This document shows positions 22,929 to 38,124 of a stretch of 64,000 nt of DNA, piece after piece. The notes under the pieces were generated by a model. That model ran no database searches. It saw only the letters and a program-made list of their open reading frames with translations, and was not told the DNA's origin. The first letter of the stretch is position 1. Every line of letters begins with the position of its first letter. Source of the stretch: Macrostomum lignano (Eukaryota); the NCBI GenBank assembly GCA_002269645.1, contig NIVC01000016.1, positions 806,001-870,000 on the forward strand, read 5' to 3'. A program made the position numbers and the translations under genes.

Positions 22929-25029
22929 CGCTAGGTCTACTACTGTTGTATTGTACTGATCTAAATTCGACTCGGTAACTGGACTGTATACTGTACAATA
23001 ATGCTATGTCTTTCTGTTGTTCTGTCTGGGTGGAAAAATTAAAGATTTATTGTAGTAGTAGTAGTAGTAGTAGTAGTAAGTTGGCTCAGGCAAGAAGCCT
23101 GTTTGGCCAATATATTTCTATGTATTTAAGATTGCTTCAGGAATAGGAGACAATATTTTAGCACTAGTTATTTAATTATGATTAGTACGAGTTTTGCAAA
23201 ATGGTATTTGAAAGAACGCGGAAAAGTTATTAACAATACTTGGACGACTAACGAAGCGAAAGAAAAAGCAAGGAGTTAAAAAAAGTTATTGTTCCTGGAA
23301 TTTTTAGAAATTAAATTGTAAAATTCGTTGACTAATGTGCTACGTAACAGGTAAGCAGGAAAAACGCGGAATCACTATAGCTACATATAGTCTAACTCTT
23401 GTGCTTTTTACTTGTCCATCTCAAATTATAGTAAGCGCGATGATATTAAGTAATTTTTTTCAAATATCAACTATTTCAAATTCTTTTCAAAACAAGGTAA
23501 GATAAATGGAATTTTCAAGGACTACTTGACTTTGGGTCTTGGGAATTTTTCGGTCCTTGCCCCCCCCCCCCAACGAATCCACTAACTGCTGCTTGATAAT
23601 TAAGAAAGCGCGCAGACGATTAAATATATTAAAGCTCTGGAGTTTTAATGTGGATGCTACATGTAAAGTGCCATGTATTCTCATTTCAGTCAAGGAGCAA
23701 TCAGAATGTCTCGCACCAACAATTATATACATGATGGACCAAAAATGTAAATATATTGTCCAAATCCCTTTTACAGGGGTATCGCCATGGATTTTATGGT
23801 GGGGGGACAAAGCCAAGTATTCAACATGTACATGTACATGAGTAAATTCCTACATTTTCATTATTTTGAGAATCGTGTTGTCAGCGCTCCTTTTGGCGCC
23901 GCAGGCACTCGTTTTGGCGACGCATGCAGGCATTCCTTTTAGCACCACAGGCACACATTTTGGCGCCGAAGGCACTATATTTTGGTGCCCTGTAGAAAAT
24001 ACCACAATTACCACAACGGATCACAAGGTGGGGTGGAAGGGACAAAGCATTGGCATGTCCCCCCCCCCAGTGGCGACGCGCCTACTTTTTCTATAGCTAC
24101 GCGTACATGTTAGCTTACACAGTGACAGGCTTATTGAATTGCTGAAAGAATGTATACATGTACAGCTACAATAAATTGCATTGTCTGACGAAAAAAGCCA
24201 CCCCCCCCCCGAAGCATTGAAGTCTTGATTCTTAGACAAAGAGAAGAGTTGAAAATATGTAACTCCATAACAAGACTGAAGATTAACTATATAGTAACCA
24301 TAGTAAAGCAATTCAAGGTAAAACCCGAACAATAACTCCCGTTCTCGTTGCAATAGAATACCAGAAACTATTATTAATTATGCAATTCAATTGTCAAGAT
24401 ATCATCTATAGTTTTAATACGCTCGTACGCTAAAATTAAATAAACGCGCTTCCTTGCAATCAACCGATAAATATGCAGTTCATGACTCAATCCAACTTAG
24501 CGGAATTAAAATACTGTTTACACTGAGTCTTAGAATAATAATCCCATCAGCTCATAGCCTTCGCTCGCTCCACACCTGGCTTGCTGGTCGGACAGACTTA
24601 TGCGCCCTTAATTCCTTTAGTTCAATTGTCAATACTAGCCAAGCTGACTTCAAAGACTACGCCTACGCATATCGCTTGGAGAGTTTTTATACATCATGCA
24701 TGCAGCAGCTCGACCAAAGGTGACACGTGTGCATGCCGTGTGTTGATGTTGTCTCTCGCTTCTTAGTGCACAGGCGCCATGTATCCAGATTTTATTACGT
24801 TCAGATATAATATAAGCGATTTGTTCCCAATTCAGTATATTACGGTATCTGACAAAATGAGACAGGAATGCTAATTTACAGGTACATATAGAACTGGCGC
24901 ATGCCCATAGAATGCCTGATTCGAAATTTTAGCAAGCGACAACTGTGATAGGACAAAAAATCCGAAAAAGCGACCAACAAAGATGTTGAAAATTCGACGC
25001 TATGGGAGTCAGCAGGAATGCCACACTGT

Positions 25030-26440
25030 GACAGGGATGCCTCATCTACATGTAGGTGTCGTCAGGGCTGCCTCATCTGGGTGTCAGGGATGCCTCATCT
25101 GGGTGTCAGGGATGCCTCATCTACATGTAGGTGTCGTCAGGGCTGCCTCATCTGGGTGTCAGGGATGCCTCATCTGGGTGTCAGGGATGCCTCATCTACA
25201 TGTAGGTGTCGTCAGGGCTGCCTCATCTGGGTGTCAGGGATGCCTCATCTGGGTGTCAGGGATGCCTCATCTGGGTGTCCGGGATGCCTCATCTGGGTGT
25301 CAGGGATGCCTCATCTGGGTGTCAGGGATGCCTCATCTGGGTGTCCGGGATGCCTCATTTAGGTGTCAGGGATGCCTCATCTAGGTGTCAGGGATGCCTC
25401 AACTGGGTGTCAGGGATGCCTCATCTGGGTGTCAGGGATGCCTCATCTGGGTGTCAGGGATGCCTCATCTACATGTAGGTGTCGTCAGGGCTGCCTCATC
25501 TGGGTGTCAGGGATGCCTCATCTGGGTGTCAGGGATGCCTCATCTACATGTAGGTGTCGTCAGGGCTGCCTCATCTGGGTGTCAGGGATGCCTCATCTGG
25601 GTGTCAGGGATGCCTCATCTGGGTGTCCGGGATGCCTCATCTGGGTGTCAGGGATGCCTCATCTGGGTGTCAGGGATGCCTCATCTGGGTGTCCGGGATG
25701 CCTCATTTAGGTGTCAGGGATGCCTCATCTAGGTGTCAGGGATGCCTCAACTGGGTGTCAGGGATGCCTCATCTGGGTGTCAGGGATGCCTCATCTGGGT
25801 GTCAGGGATGCATCATCTACATGTAGGTGTCGTCAGGGCTGCCTCATCTGGGTGTCAGGGATGCCTCATCTGGGTGTCAGGGATGCCTCATCTGGGTGTC
25901 CGGGATGCCTCATTTAGGTGTCAGGGATGCCTCATCTGGGTGTCAGGGATGTCTCATCTGGGTGTCAGGGATGCCTCATCTGGGTGTCAGGGATTGCCTC
26001 ATCGGGTGTCAGGGATTGCCTCATCTGGGTGTCAGGGATTGCCTCATCGGGTGTCAGGGATGCCTCATCTGGGTGTCAGGGATGCCTCATCTGGGTGTCA
26101 GGGATGCCTCATCTGGGTGTCAGGGATGCCTCATCTGGGTGTCAGGGATGCCTCATCTGGGTGTCAGGGATGCCTCATCTGGGTGTCAGGGATGCCTCAT
26201 CTGGGTGTCAGGGATGCCTCATCTGGGTGTCTGTCAGGGAGGCCTCATCTGGGTGTCTGTCAGGGAGGCCTCATCTGGGTGTCTGTCAGGGAGGCCTCAT
26301 CTGGGTGTCTGTCAGGGATGCCTCATCTCATGGGTGTCAGGGAGGCCTCATCTGGGTGTCAGGGATGCCTCATCTGGGTGTCAGGGAGGCCTCATCTGGG
26401 TGTCAGGGATTGCCTCATCTAGGTGTCAGGAATGCCTCAT
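25030..26440. repeat. 22-bp minisatellite (GGGATGCCTCATCTGGGTGTCA) with a 348-bp higher-order duplication
   Basis: Tandem units; near-identical artefact ORFs at 25206 and 25554. Confidence 0.97.
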
Positions 26441-27084
26441 CTGGGTGACAGAGCGTTTAATACAGGCTGTCAGTCGGTGAGACTCCACAGCACACGAAAA
26501 CTCATCTTCAAGCTCAACAACCGGCAGCCCAGCGTATTGACTCAGGCAGGCGATAATCAAAAAAAAAGGGGGCAAAGCTGCCGCCACTAAGCAAAGCCTA
26601 GGAAGTCCCACAGCAAGTGCCTGTTGGCAAAAGAAATGAATGATGGCAGTGAGTTTATTAGCTATGGCAAAAACTTGTTCAATCCACACTGTGTACACGA
26701 ACTGGAGAAGTCAATCAATAACTTTTTTGCGAAGCCATATATTGCTTGAATTCATTTTGACTTGGTTAACTCGCTCCTGAAGATGAGGCACAGCTGTTGG
26801 CAATTTTACACAAATATTCCCTCTGCAAAATCCTGAGCTGTTTTTCTCGTAGAATCGCGATTTAAAATTGCCGCAGGTGCGGTTTATTGGCCTGACCCGA
26901 TTGAAGTTTTCTAATATTTTGTTTCAACTTTTTTTATAAAATAGTTTCCTTTTATAACCGCTTCTAAGACTGAGTCACAGGAAAGAAATAACTTTTATGG
27001 GAAAAAGCAAAAGTTTTCGTTCTAAGAATATTTCACTGCAGCTCAGTGTAATTTAATGCATCCTTAACAAAATTTTGCAAATCT

Positions 27085-28065
27085 ATGTCAAAAATATCGC
27101 ACCCTCTGACAAAAATATGGCACCCTCTGACACAAAATAACTCACCCTCTGACACAAAAATTCGGCTCTATCTGACACCAAAATATGGCAGCTTCTGACA
27201 CAAAATATGGCAGCCTCTGACACAAAATATGGCAGCCTCTGACACAAAATATGGCAGCCTCCGACACTAAATATGGCAGCCTCTGACACTAAATATGGCA
27301 GCCTCTGACACAAAATATGGCAGCCTCCGACACTAAATATGGCAGCCTCTGACACTAAATATGGCAGCCTCTGACACTAAATATGGCAGCCTCTGACACA
27401 AAATATGGCAGCCTCCGACACTAAATATGGCAGCCTCTGACACTAAAAATATGGCAGCCTCTGACACTAAATATGGCAGCCTCTGACACAAAATATGGCA
27501 GCCTCTGACACAAAATATGGCAGCCTCTGACACTAAAAATATGGCAGCCTATGACACTAAAATATGGCTCTCTCTGACACCAAAATGGCTCCCCTGACAC
27601 TAAAATATGGCTCCCTCTGACACAAAAATATGGCACCCTCGGACACAAATATCTCACCTTATGACACAAAAATATGGCACCCTCTGACACTAAAATGGCT
27701 TCCTCTGACACTAGATATGGCAGCCTCTGATACTAAATATGGCAGCCTATGACACTAAAATATAGCTCCCTCTGACACTAAAAAATGGCTCCCCTGACAC
27801 TAAAATATGGCTCTATCTGACACCAAAATATGGCTCCCTCTGACACTAAACTATGGCTCCCCCTGACACTAAAATATAGCTCCCTCTGACATTAAAATAT
27901 GAAACTCTCTGACACCAAAATATGGCTCTCTCTGACACTAAGTATGGCTCCCTCTGACACACTAAAAAATGGCTCCCTCTGACACTAAAATATGGCTCCC
28001 TCTGATGCAAATATATGCCACATTCTGACACAAAAATATAGCTCTTTTTGACACAAAATATGGCC
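27085..28065. repeat. ~22-bp minisatellite (CTCTGACACAAAATATGGCAGC)
   Basis: About 43 units, more diverged at the edges. Confidence 0.95.
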
Positions 28066-28487
28066 AGTAATTTCACGCCCTAATCGCTGCAGACGGCAAG
28101 CCTATTTGGGTTGCTAGGGAATTGCTACCGGCAGTTTGTCATCGAGCTACTCGTAAGAATCGGAAAACACGACCAAGTTGACAATTCAAGCAAAGGGAAA
28201 ATTTTGCATGGAAACTATGACTGTACATTTTATAGCACTATACACACGGCATCCCGAGCTCTCGAGAACGCAGTTGGCAGAAGTAACAGACCAGAGTTTG
28301 GATTGCGCAAGCCTCTGCCGTAACCAGAATTGCTGCCACTGAATCAGTGGGGCAGATCTCTGTAGCCCGGTAAAAAATCTTTCATTTCAAATATGATTTA
28401 TGGCCTCCAATCAGCGCTGTCCGGTTGTAAATTATATTGCTGGATTTGGATTTTTAACTCCACTTGCTGAATAGAGACGGGGCAGCC

Positions 28488-29182
<695 letters not shown>

Positions 29183-29849
29183 CTACTACTCATACTACTC
29201 TAACAAACTGTCGAGAACAAGTCTCTATTCAGTCTTTGTGAGCCACTCGCAGCGAAGAGTTCATTACATTTCGGTCACACCTGCCCCATCTGGTGTCGGC
29301 TCTCTAAACACAGTAAAACGCGCAGGAGCGCGCAGTTAACCCAGGAAAATTAATAAATCCTTGCACTGATCAGCGATTTCATAATGCCCCAGAATTAGTT
29401 TGCTGACTCCGCTCCCTCCAGTGCATGGGGGCCAAACGGGAGGGGTGCTAAGGTGGCGCCCCCCGCCACCCCATGCCACTTCCCCAGTCAGACAAAGCTT
29501 GCTCTACCGGCAGTGCTTTAAGCCCGTGAGCTTTGCTACCTGAGAATCTTTACCAGGTAGTTTTTTCCTAAAAAGCTAACATGTTTCCTACAATGAAAGG
29601 ATTAGGAGAGAGGGGAAAATGGAAAGGAAAAAAATTATTGCTTCACGAACAAGAAGTCAGGCCTGCTTGCCTGGCTGGCAGATAAGCGAGAGACAGCAAC
29701 AATGACGGAATGCTCTGCTTGAAGAAAGTGAATTTGCTTGGGGCCGGGGCAGCGATCATACAGAGGAGAGGAACCAGCCATGTAGAAGACTTTTTCTGCT
29801 GCAAGCTTACAGCATAAAGAACAAATTTTGACAAAGAGAGAAAGCCACT

Positions 29850-31335
29850 AGTGTGACAGTGGGAGAGAGTGTGACAGTGGGAGAGAGTGTGACAGTGGGA
29901 GAGAGTGTGACAGTGGGAGAGAGTGAGACAGTGGGAGAGAGTGAGACAGAGAGTGAGAGAGAGAGTGAAACAGTGGGAGAGAGTGAGATAGCAGGAGAGA
30001 TTGAGACAGCGAGTGAGAGAGAGAGAGTGAGACAGTGGGAGAGAGTGAGACAGTGGGAGAGAGTGAGACAGTGGGGGAGAGTGAGACAGCGGGAGAGAGT
30101 GAGACAGTGGGAGAGAGTGAGACAGTGGGAGAGAGTGTGACAGTGGGAGAGAGTGAGACAGTGGGAGAGAGTGAGACAGCGGGAGAGAGTGAGACAGTGG
30201 GAGAGAGTGAGACAGTGGGAGAGAGTGAGGCAGTGGGAGAGAGTGAGGCAGTGGGAGAGAGTGTGACAGTGGGAGAGAGTGAGACAGTGGGAGAGAGTGA
30301 GACAGCGAGTGAGAGAGAGAGTGAAACAGTAGGAGAGAGTGAGATAGCAGGAGAGATTGAGACAGCGAGTGAGAGAGAAAGAGTGAGACAGTGGGAGAGA
30401 GAGACAGAGAGTGAGATAGTGGGAGAGAGTGAGACAGTGGGAGAGAGTGAGACAGTGGGAGAGAGTGAGTGAGAGAGAAAGAGTGAGACAGTGGGAGAGA
30501 GAGACAGAGAGTGAGATGGTGGGAGAGAGTGAGACAGTGGGAGAGAGTGAGACAGTGGGAGAGAGTGAGACAGTGGGGGAGAGTGAGACAGCGGGAGAGA
30601 GTGAGACAGTGGGAGAGAGTGAGATAGCGGGAGAGAGTGAGACAGTGGGAGAGAGTGAGACAGTGGGAGAGAGTCAGGCAGTGGGAGAGAGTGTGACAGT
30701 GGGAGAGAGTGAGACAGTGGGGGAGAGTGAGACAGTGGGAGAGAGTGAGGCAGTGGGAGAGAGTGAGACAGTGGAAGAGAGTGAGATAGCGGGAGAGAGT
30801 GAGACAGTGGGAGAGAGTGAGACAGCGGGAGAGAGTGAGACAGGGGGAGAGAGTGAGACAGCGGGAGAGAGTGAGACAGTGGGAGAGAGACAGAGAGTGA
30901 GATAGCGGGAGAGAGTGAGACAGTGGGGGAGAGTGAGACAGTGGGAGAGAGTGAGGCAGTGGGAGAGAGTGAGACAGTGGGAGAGAGACAGAGAGTGAGA
31001 TAGCGGGAGAGAGTGAGACAGTGGGGGAGAGTGAGACAGTGGGAGAGAGTGAGGCAGTGGGAGAGAGTAAGATAGCGGGAGAGAGTGAGACAGTGGGAGA
31101 GAGTGAGATAGCGGGAGAGAGTGAGACAGTGGGGGAGAGTGAGACAGCGGGAGAGAGTGAGGCAGTGGGAGAGAGTAAGATAGCGGGAGAGAGTGAGACA
31201 GTGGGAGAGAGTGAGACAGCGGGAGAGAGTGAGACAGTGGGGGAGAGTGAGACAGCGGGAGAGAGTGAGACAGTGGGAGAGAGTGAGACAGTGGGAGAGA
31301 GTGAGACAGTGGTAGAGAGAGGGACAGAGAGTGAG
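29850..31335. repeat. 18-bp purine-rich minisatellite (GAGACAGTGGGAGAGAGT)
   Basis: About 80 units with variants. Confidence 0.96.
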
Positions 31336-32009
31336 ACCCCAGCTGTAGACCATAAACGCTAGCTGACTGAAAGTGTGAACTGAAACTTAATTTTGCCTTA
31401 TTGATTGCAGCAGCTCAGCAGTTTAGTGCCCTCCACCCCAGCTTATCGACTCCCCTAACGGCGCGCAGGGGGATCTCTCTAAATACGAGGACTCAGACTA
31501 AGGACTCAGCGGCAAGCTGCTCAATGCTGAGCTCTCCATTCCAGCAGGTCCTGAGTCGCAGTTTCCATAAAGAGTCATAAAACATTTCTACTCCTGAACT
31601 GTAAGCCACCACCGCGGCATTCACTGGCGCGAAAGTATTTTATTATCAGCGGACCCGTTTGCCTCTAGAGGCAGACTCTGCAATTATCCCCCCCCCCGCC
31701 CAAGAGAAAACCTGCAAAGCTCCGAGGCGCCATCTGTCAGTTAGAAAGCTTCAACGGGCAAGGCAGAAAGTTTGATTCTTAAGAAAGTAAAACAAATTAT
31801 TAAGACAGCGCAGTTGTTCCCACGGAGTGACCATGTGTTCATTCAAGTGCTTTTGCTGTGCAATTGAGCTCTGTCTCGAACTGATATTTGTTCATTAATT
31901 GTTTTTCGGCTGCTGTTGTGAATTGATGTGGCTTGCACAGATTTATTATTTTAGTATTGAGTGTGAAACTTTGGTAAGACAATTAAAGATATAGAAATAA
32001 CATTAACTA

Positions 32010-32785
32010 TAGAGAGAACTGAGAACATATATATAGATCGAACAGAGAGAAATAGAACTGAGAAAGAGATAGAGCAGAGAGAGATAGAACAGAGAGATAG
32101 AACAGAGAGAGATAGAACAGAGAGAACAGAGATAGATCAGAGAGATGGAACAGAAAGAGATAGAACAGAGAGATATAACAGAGAGAGATAGAACAGAGAG
32201 ATATAACAGAGAGAAATAGAACAGAGAGAGATAGAACAGAGAGTGATAGAACAGAGAGAGATAGAACAGAGAGAGATAGAAAAGAGAGAGATAGAACAGA
32301 GAGTGATAGAACAGAAAGAGATAGAACAGAGAGAGATAGAAAAGAGAGAGATAGAAAAGAGAGAGATAGAACAGAGAGATAGAACAGAGAGAGATAGAAC
32401 AGAGGGAAATTGAACGGAAAGAAGAGAGATAGAACAGAAAGAAATAGAACAGAGAGAAATAGAACAGAGAGAGATAGAACAGAGAGAGATAGAACAGAGA
32501 GATAGAACAGAGAGTGATAGAACAGAGAGAACAGAGATAGATCAGAGAGATGGAACAGAAAGAGATAGAACAGAGAGATATAACAGAGAGAGATAGAACA
32601 GAGAGATATAACAGAGAGAAATAGAACAGAGAGAGATAGAACAGAGAGTGATAGAACAGAGAGAGATAGAACAGAGAGATAGAACAGAGAGAGATAGATC
32701 ACAGAGCGATAGAACAGAGAGTGATGGAACAGAGAGAAGAGAGATATAGAACTCAGAGAGAGATAGAACAGAGAGATAGAGCAGG
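32010..32785. repeat. 16-18-bp purine-rich minisatellite (ATAGAACAGAGAGAG...)
   Basis: Directly visible, with internal block duplication. Confidence 0.93.
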
Positions 32786-33304
32786 GGTAGATTTGTAGAG
32801 AAGAAAGAAAACGGAACAGTTTGAAAATGAGAGCAATAAAACAGTTGAAAAATCCAAAGCAGAAGATAAACTGGCTTCTGTCGGGCCTCATGCACAATAA
32901 TGAACGAGACTCTGGAGCAGCATGAATGAATCAACCAAAGTAGTGACTGGCCAATGATGTGAGCGCTCGATTCTCATTGGCTGCTGAAAGTTCAGCAGGG
33001 TGATCCCCACACACTTCCTTATTATTAATGCCAATGCCGCATATTCTTACCGAAGCAAAGACTCTCATGAGGGTTCGTGTGTGGACAGGATTTGCTGTGA
33101 ATCCCCTTCTGCATCGGCTGCTGCGAGTCAGCGGTGCAGCGGCTGCTTTTTCACTGCGGAGCTTCGACCTACCGGATGTAGCTGCTGATTGAGCCCGGCT
33201 GCGACTGAGAAACTCAGGGCACAGGTGAGACTTAATTAATCTCATTATGGCTATGGCATGCGCCTGCAGGTAGGTAGTCAGGCTCTGTGTCTTTGCCTGT
33301 CAGT

Positions 33305-33696
<392 letters not shown>

Positions 33697-35147
33697 TGGC
33701 AGTGAACTTCTTTCTGCCCTACAAACCTTCAAAAAGCAGCTCGTATAAAAATCCACAGACGACTGTACTGGGAGAATTCTATGCAAAGTTTCCCAACCAT
33801 TTTGCACGAACCTGAAGCAAAAGCAGCAAGTCGAGGACAGGAAGGACAGAGCCTGTGTTCGGACCCCCCGCTGTTCCGCAGTCCGTGATGAGGCCAGGAG
33901 CGGCCCGAGCACATGCCTGCAGTTTACCTCAGTATTGCGCAATAGCCGGGAATAAATCTTACAGGATAGAAAGTCACGTAGCAGATTTGGGCGGCACCTT
34001 CTTAGGCAAAAGAAAAATAATAAAACAGTCGATTGGGGATGCTGGCGCAGAGATGAAGATGGGAAGCTGGAGACTGCCGGATCTGCTATCAGTCCCCACC
34101 GCGCATCCGCCGGCCGGGGAGCAATAAAAGTAGATTATTATTTTTAGTATTAGTATCCTCCCATTGTGCGGCAGCGGCTTAAAGGCTCTGACAGTGGTTT
34201 TCCTGCTGGGAAATTCTTTCAAACTGAGATTTATTCATCCCCTTTGAAGGCCACGGCGTGCCGCCGTTATTCGATAAGTTTTTCTCCATCAGCCTCGAAT
34301 TGCGCGGCTGTCTGTTCATCTCGCAGTCAAAGCGAATCTCCGAGGCGTTCTGGAAAATTTTCAGTTGCGTTTTATAAATGAGGTTTCGCCATAGACAAAT
34401 TCGGTTGCTTTAGTTGTCCATGTTCGCAATCCAGATAGTCTCTTATCTAGAAGTCCACGGCACATAAAATTCCAGCGCCGCTGCACAACAATCAAAATTT
34501 TTATGGTCTTATGGGCTGTTCGGCTACTTTATCTAATTCCCAGGGTTTGATTTACAAGGCCAATGCCAACCTGATATTGTACAGAATCTGGTGTGGAAGT
34601 CAAGGCGGAATTAGTTTTCTATAAGAGTAACTGCAGCTGACTTCTTTGAGCCAGATCTTTCAGCGGAAAAATTTAGTTGTGTTTTGATTGACAGCTCAAA
34701 CTTTGAATAATTTATATATCGATAATATCAATAGTATTGTGTCGGGATAGAATGAAAGAATTCAGACTGCCGGTCGCTTCAGAGAATAGAAAGAATGATC
34801 CGAGCTCCGCTCATAATCTTGTCATATAAGCCCTTCTAAACGTGATAGGGTCACAGAGCCTTGATGCCTTGGAAACCCAGGGGGCTCTCGAAAGAAGCTA
34901 AGAGCACGGGGCTATTTCCTCTTTGAGTAGGGCACCTGAAATTCTACTAAAAGAAGCGTGCCTGAAGGTGAAGAGTCTCCCTGTAGTGGCAGCTTGAAAC
35001 AATGCGAATGAGGAGCTCGGGATGCACCGGCTCATTTCTTCTCAAAACAGCAAAGCATTTTGTTCTTTACCCTTGACAGGAGTTGCTGCTGCTGAGCACA
35101 CCTGGCTCTCCCCAGCCTAGAGCAAGAAGACGCACAATAGTGACAAT

Positions 35148-35700
35148 TGCCTGCAGTGACAATTGCCTGCAGTGACAATTGCCTGCAGTGACAATTGCCT
35201 GCAGTGACAATTATTGCCTGCAGTGACAATTGCCTGCAGTGACAATTGCCTGCAGTGACAATTATTGCCTGCAGTGACAATTGCCTGCAGTGACAATTGC
35301 CTGCAGTGACAATTGCCTGCAGTGACAATTGCCTGCAGTGACAATTGCCTGCAGTGACAATTATTGCCTGCAGTGACAATTGCCTGCAGTGACAATTGCC
35401 TGCAGTGACAATTATTGCCTGCAGTGACAATTGCCTGCAGTGACAATTGCCTGCAGTGACAATTATTGCCTGCAGTGACAATTGCCTGCAGTGACAATTG
35501 CCTGCAGTGACAATTGCCTGCAGTGACAATTGCCTGCAGTGACAATTGCCTGCAGTGACAATTGCCTGCAGTGACAATTATTGCCTGCAGTGACAATTGC
35601 CTGCAGTGACAATTGCCTGCAGTGACAATTATTGCCTGCAGTGACAATTGCCTGCAGTGACAATTGCCTGCAGTGACAATTGCCTGCAGGGACAATTGCC
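35148..35700. repeat. 16-bp minisatellite (CAGTGACAATTGCCTG) with periodic 19-bp variant
   Basis: About 33 units. Confidence 0.97.
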
Positions 35701-36894
35701 TTTTTATTAGAGGCAGGGGGCTGTTTAAGCGACATTGTCACACAACCGGCGAGAGGCATTACTGCTCATTCCGCCGACTCCCCTGAGCAGGCACACAAGC
35801 GCGCGGATACGTACGCAGTCATACGCACAGGCACACACTCACACAGGAGTGTACAGCGGCCCTAACTTTATTTATCGTTAGGCATGTACACCTCACCGTA
35901 CCTTGGTGGTTGGCCTCCAAAGGGCGTTAATAGCACGAGCAGAGCCAAGCCGAGATTCCAATTCAGCCCCCAAATTTGTGTGAATCGAACCTGGACTGCT
36001 GGCACACCAGAGCGCTGAGCTAGACCATGCGGGCTACGGCCCCCCATCAGCTGATCGCATGAAATAATACTGAACAATACGTGAAGCTAAACAGAGAAAC
36101 CCCCGGCCTCCAATGAAAGTTTTTTCTATACGAAAATCGGGGCATTGGGGAAGAGTTATAGGCAGTCACATGACTGAAGTTGTGAGACCTTGTTGAGCTT
36201 GAGTCTAATAAAATTTTATAAGCCTTAAATTGCTCTCTACAGGCTAGGCTCGTGTTGATTGTGTTCACACGCAGCCTGAGACTTTGGCCAGCTGCTGCCT
36301 GAATGCACCATAACTGCTTGTTTGCCCAGATCCACGCGGATTCGAACCCGGGGGACATTGACCGGGATACGAGTACAGTCGAGAAATTCAGTTCTGGGAA
36401 ATTTAAAAAATATCAACATACATTTTTGACACTTCGATTCCAGCTTCCGGATTTAATTTTCTACCTTCATCAATCTATCAACTAGAAAATTTAATATCGA
36501 ATAGCTAATACTCGCTGTGTTAATTTATACTGCCAGTGGAAACTGCCTATATAACAAAATCTTTCTAACGATTAATTTTCGAGCGGAAAGTGCAAAAGGA
36601 AAAAATTGTGGAGCTCCCGCTCTGGAAGCGGAGTAAAGAGAAAATCTCGAGAAGCTGCACGTCATCATGGGAATTGCAGAACGCGGGACAGCCTGGTTCT
36701 TATTTAATCGGCTCCTTTTTCTCTTTGGAGCATTCTGCTTTTTTCTGCACTCCAAGATTTTCTTCTTCTGAGGCAAGCCACCCCTGTGGAGCTGATGCGA
36801 TCGACCAGGTGCATAACTGCACACAAAATGTCCAGGCGGTTCGCTTTGAGGATAGTTAAAAATAGTTCTGTTACACGGGCTTTGGTGCATTAGT

Positions 36895-37308
36895 CTTGTT
36901 ATCTACTACAGCCTCTGTTATCTACTACAGCCTCTGTAATCTACTACAGCCTCTGTTATCTACTACAGCCTATGTAATCTACTACAGCCTCTGTTATCTA
37001 CTACAGCCTCTGTTATCTACTACAGCCTCTGTTATCTACCACAGCCTCTGTAATCTACTACAGCCTCTGTTATATACTACAGCCTCTGTTATAAACTACA
37101 GCCTCTGTAATCTACTACAGCCTCTGTTATATACTACAGCCTCTGTTATAAACTACAGCCTCTGTAATCTACTACAGCCTCTGTTATATACTACAGCCTC
37201 TGTTATCTACTACAGCCTCTGTTATCTACTACAGCCTCTGTAATCTACTACAGCCTATGTTATATACTACAGCCTCTGTTATCTACTACAGCCTCTATTA
37301 TCTACTAC
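36895..37308. repeat. 19-bp minisatellite (TCTACTACAGCCTCTGTTA)
   Basis: About 21 units. Confidence 0.95.
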
Positions 37309-37638
37309 AGTATCTGTAACATTCCTCATGTCTACTACAGTATCTGTAACATTCCTCATGTCTACTACAGTATCTGTAACATTCCTCATGTCTACTACAG
37401 TATCTGTAACATTCCTCATGTCTACTACAGTATCTGTAACATTCCTCATGTCTACTACAGTATCTGTAACATTCCTCATGTCTACTACAGTATCTGTAAC
37501 ATTCCTCATGTCTACTACAGTATCTGTAACATTCCTCATGTCTACTACAGTATCTGTAACATTCCTCATGTCTACTACAGTATCTGTAACATTCCTCATG
37601 TCTACTACAGTATCTGTAACATTCCTCATGCCTACTAC
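37301..37638. repeat. Perfect 30-bp minisatellite (TCTACTACAGTATCTGTAACATTCCTCATG)
   Basis: About 11 identical units. Confidence 0.97.
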
Positions 37639-38124
37639 TAAGCAGCAAGTACATTCTCTCCCACGTTTCCACTGTCTCCTCCGGAGTATTTGTCACAGTA
37701 TATTCAGTGGTCTTTGTCAATTAACGCCTAATTTTAGTTATTATTAGTTAACAAAGACCATTGGCTAACTCAGAAACTTTTTAAATACACAGACCAACCC
37801 GCTAACCAAACCCTGTGTCAATGCATTGGCAGCTTAATTAAGAGCTCTGAGCATGAGCACAGACAAGTGAAAAATAATAGTCATTAATTTATGACTATCT
37901 GCCTCTGACAAAAAATGAACAATAACGCATTAAAGCCTCCTGCCCCCATTTGCCCCTCAAATTGCAGATTGTATTTGAGTATCAACTGCGCAAGCAAACA
38001 ATGCCTGGTCAAGTCTGGCTGCTGCACCTCTTCGTGTGGACTTCTGTCAGCGGTAAGTTCTGAGTCATCATCTTGCCATTGCACCTGTTTTGAGTCTGTG
38101 AAGATCTAAATGATTTCATTACCG

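Noticed and set aside
23774-24086. Possible small MITE (CAGGGGTATCGCCA ... TGGCGACGCGCCTA)
   Set aside because: TIR match too degenerate and no TSD found.
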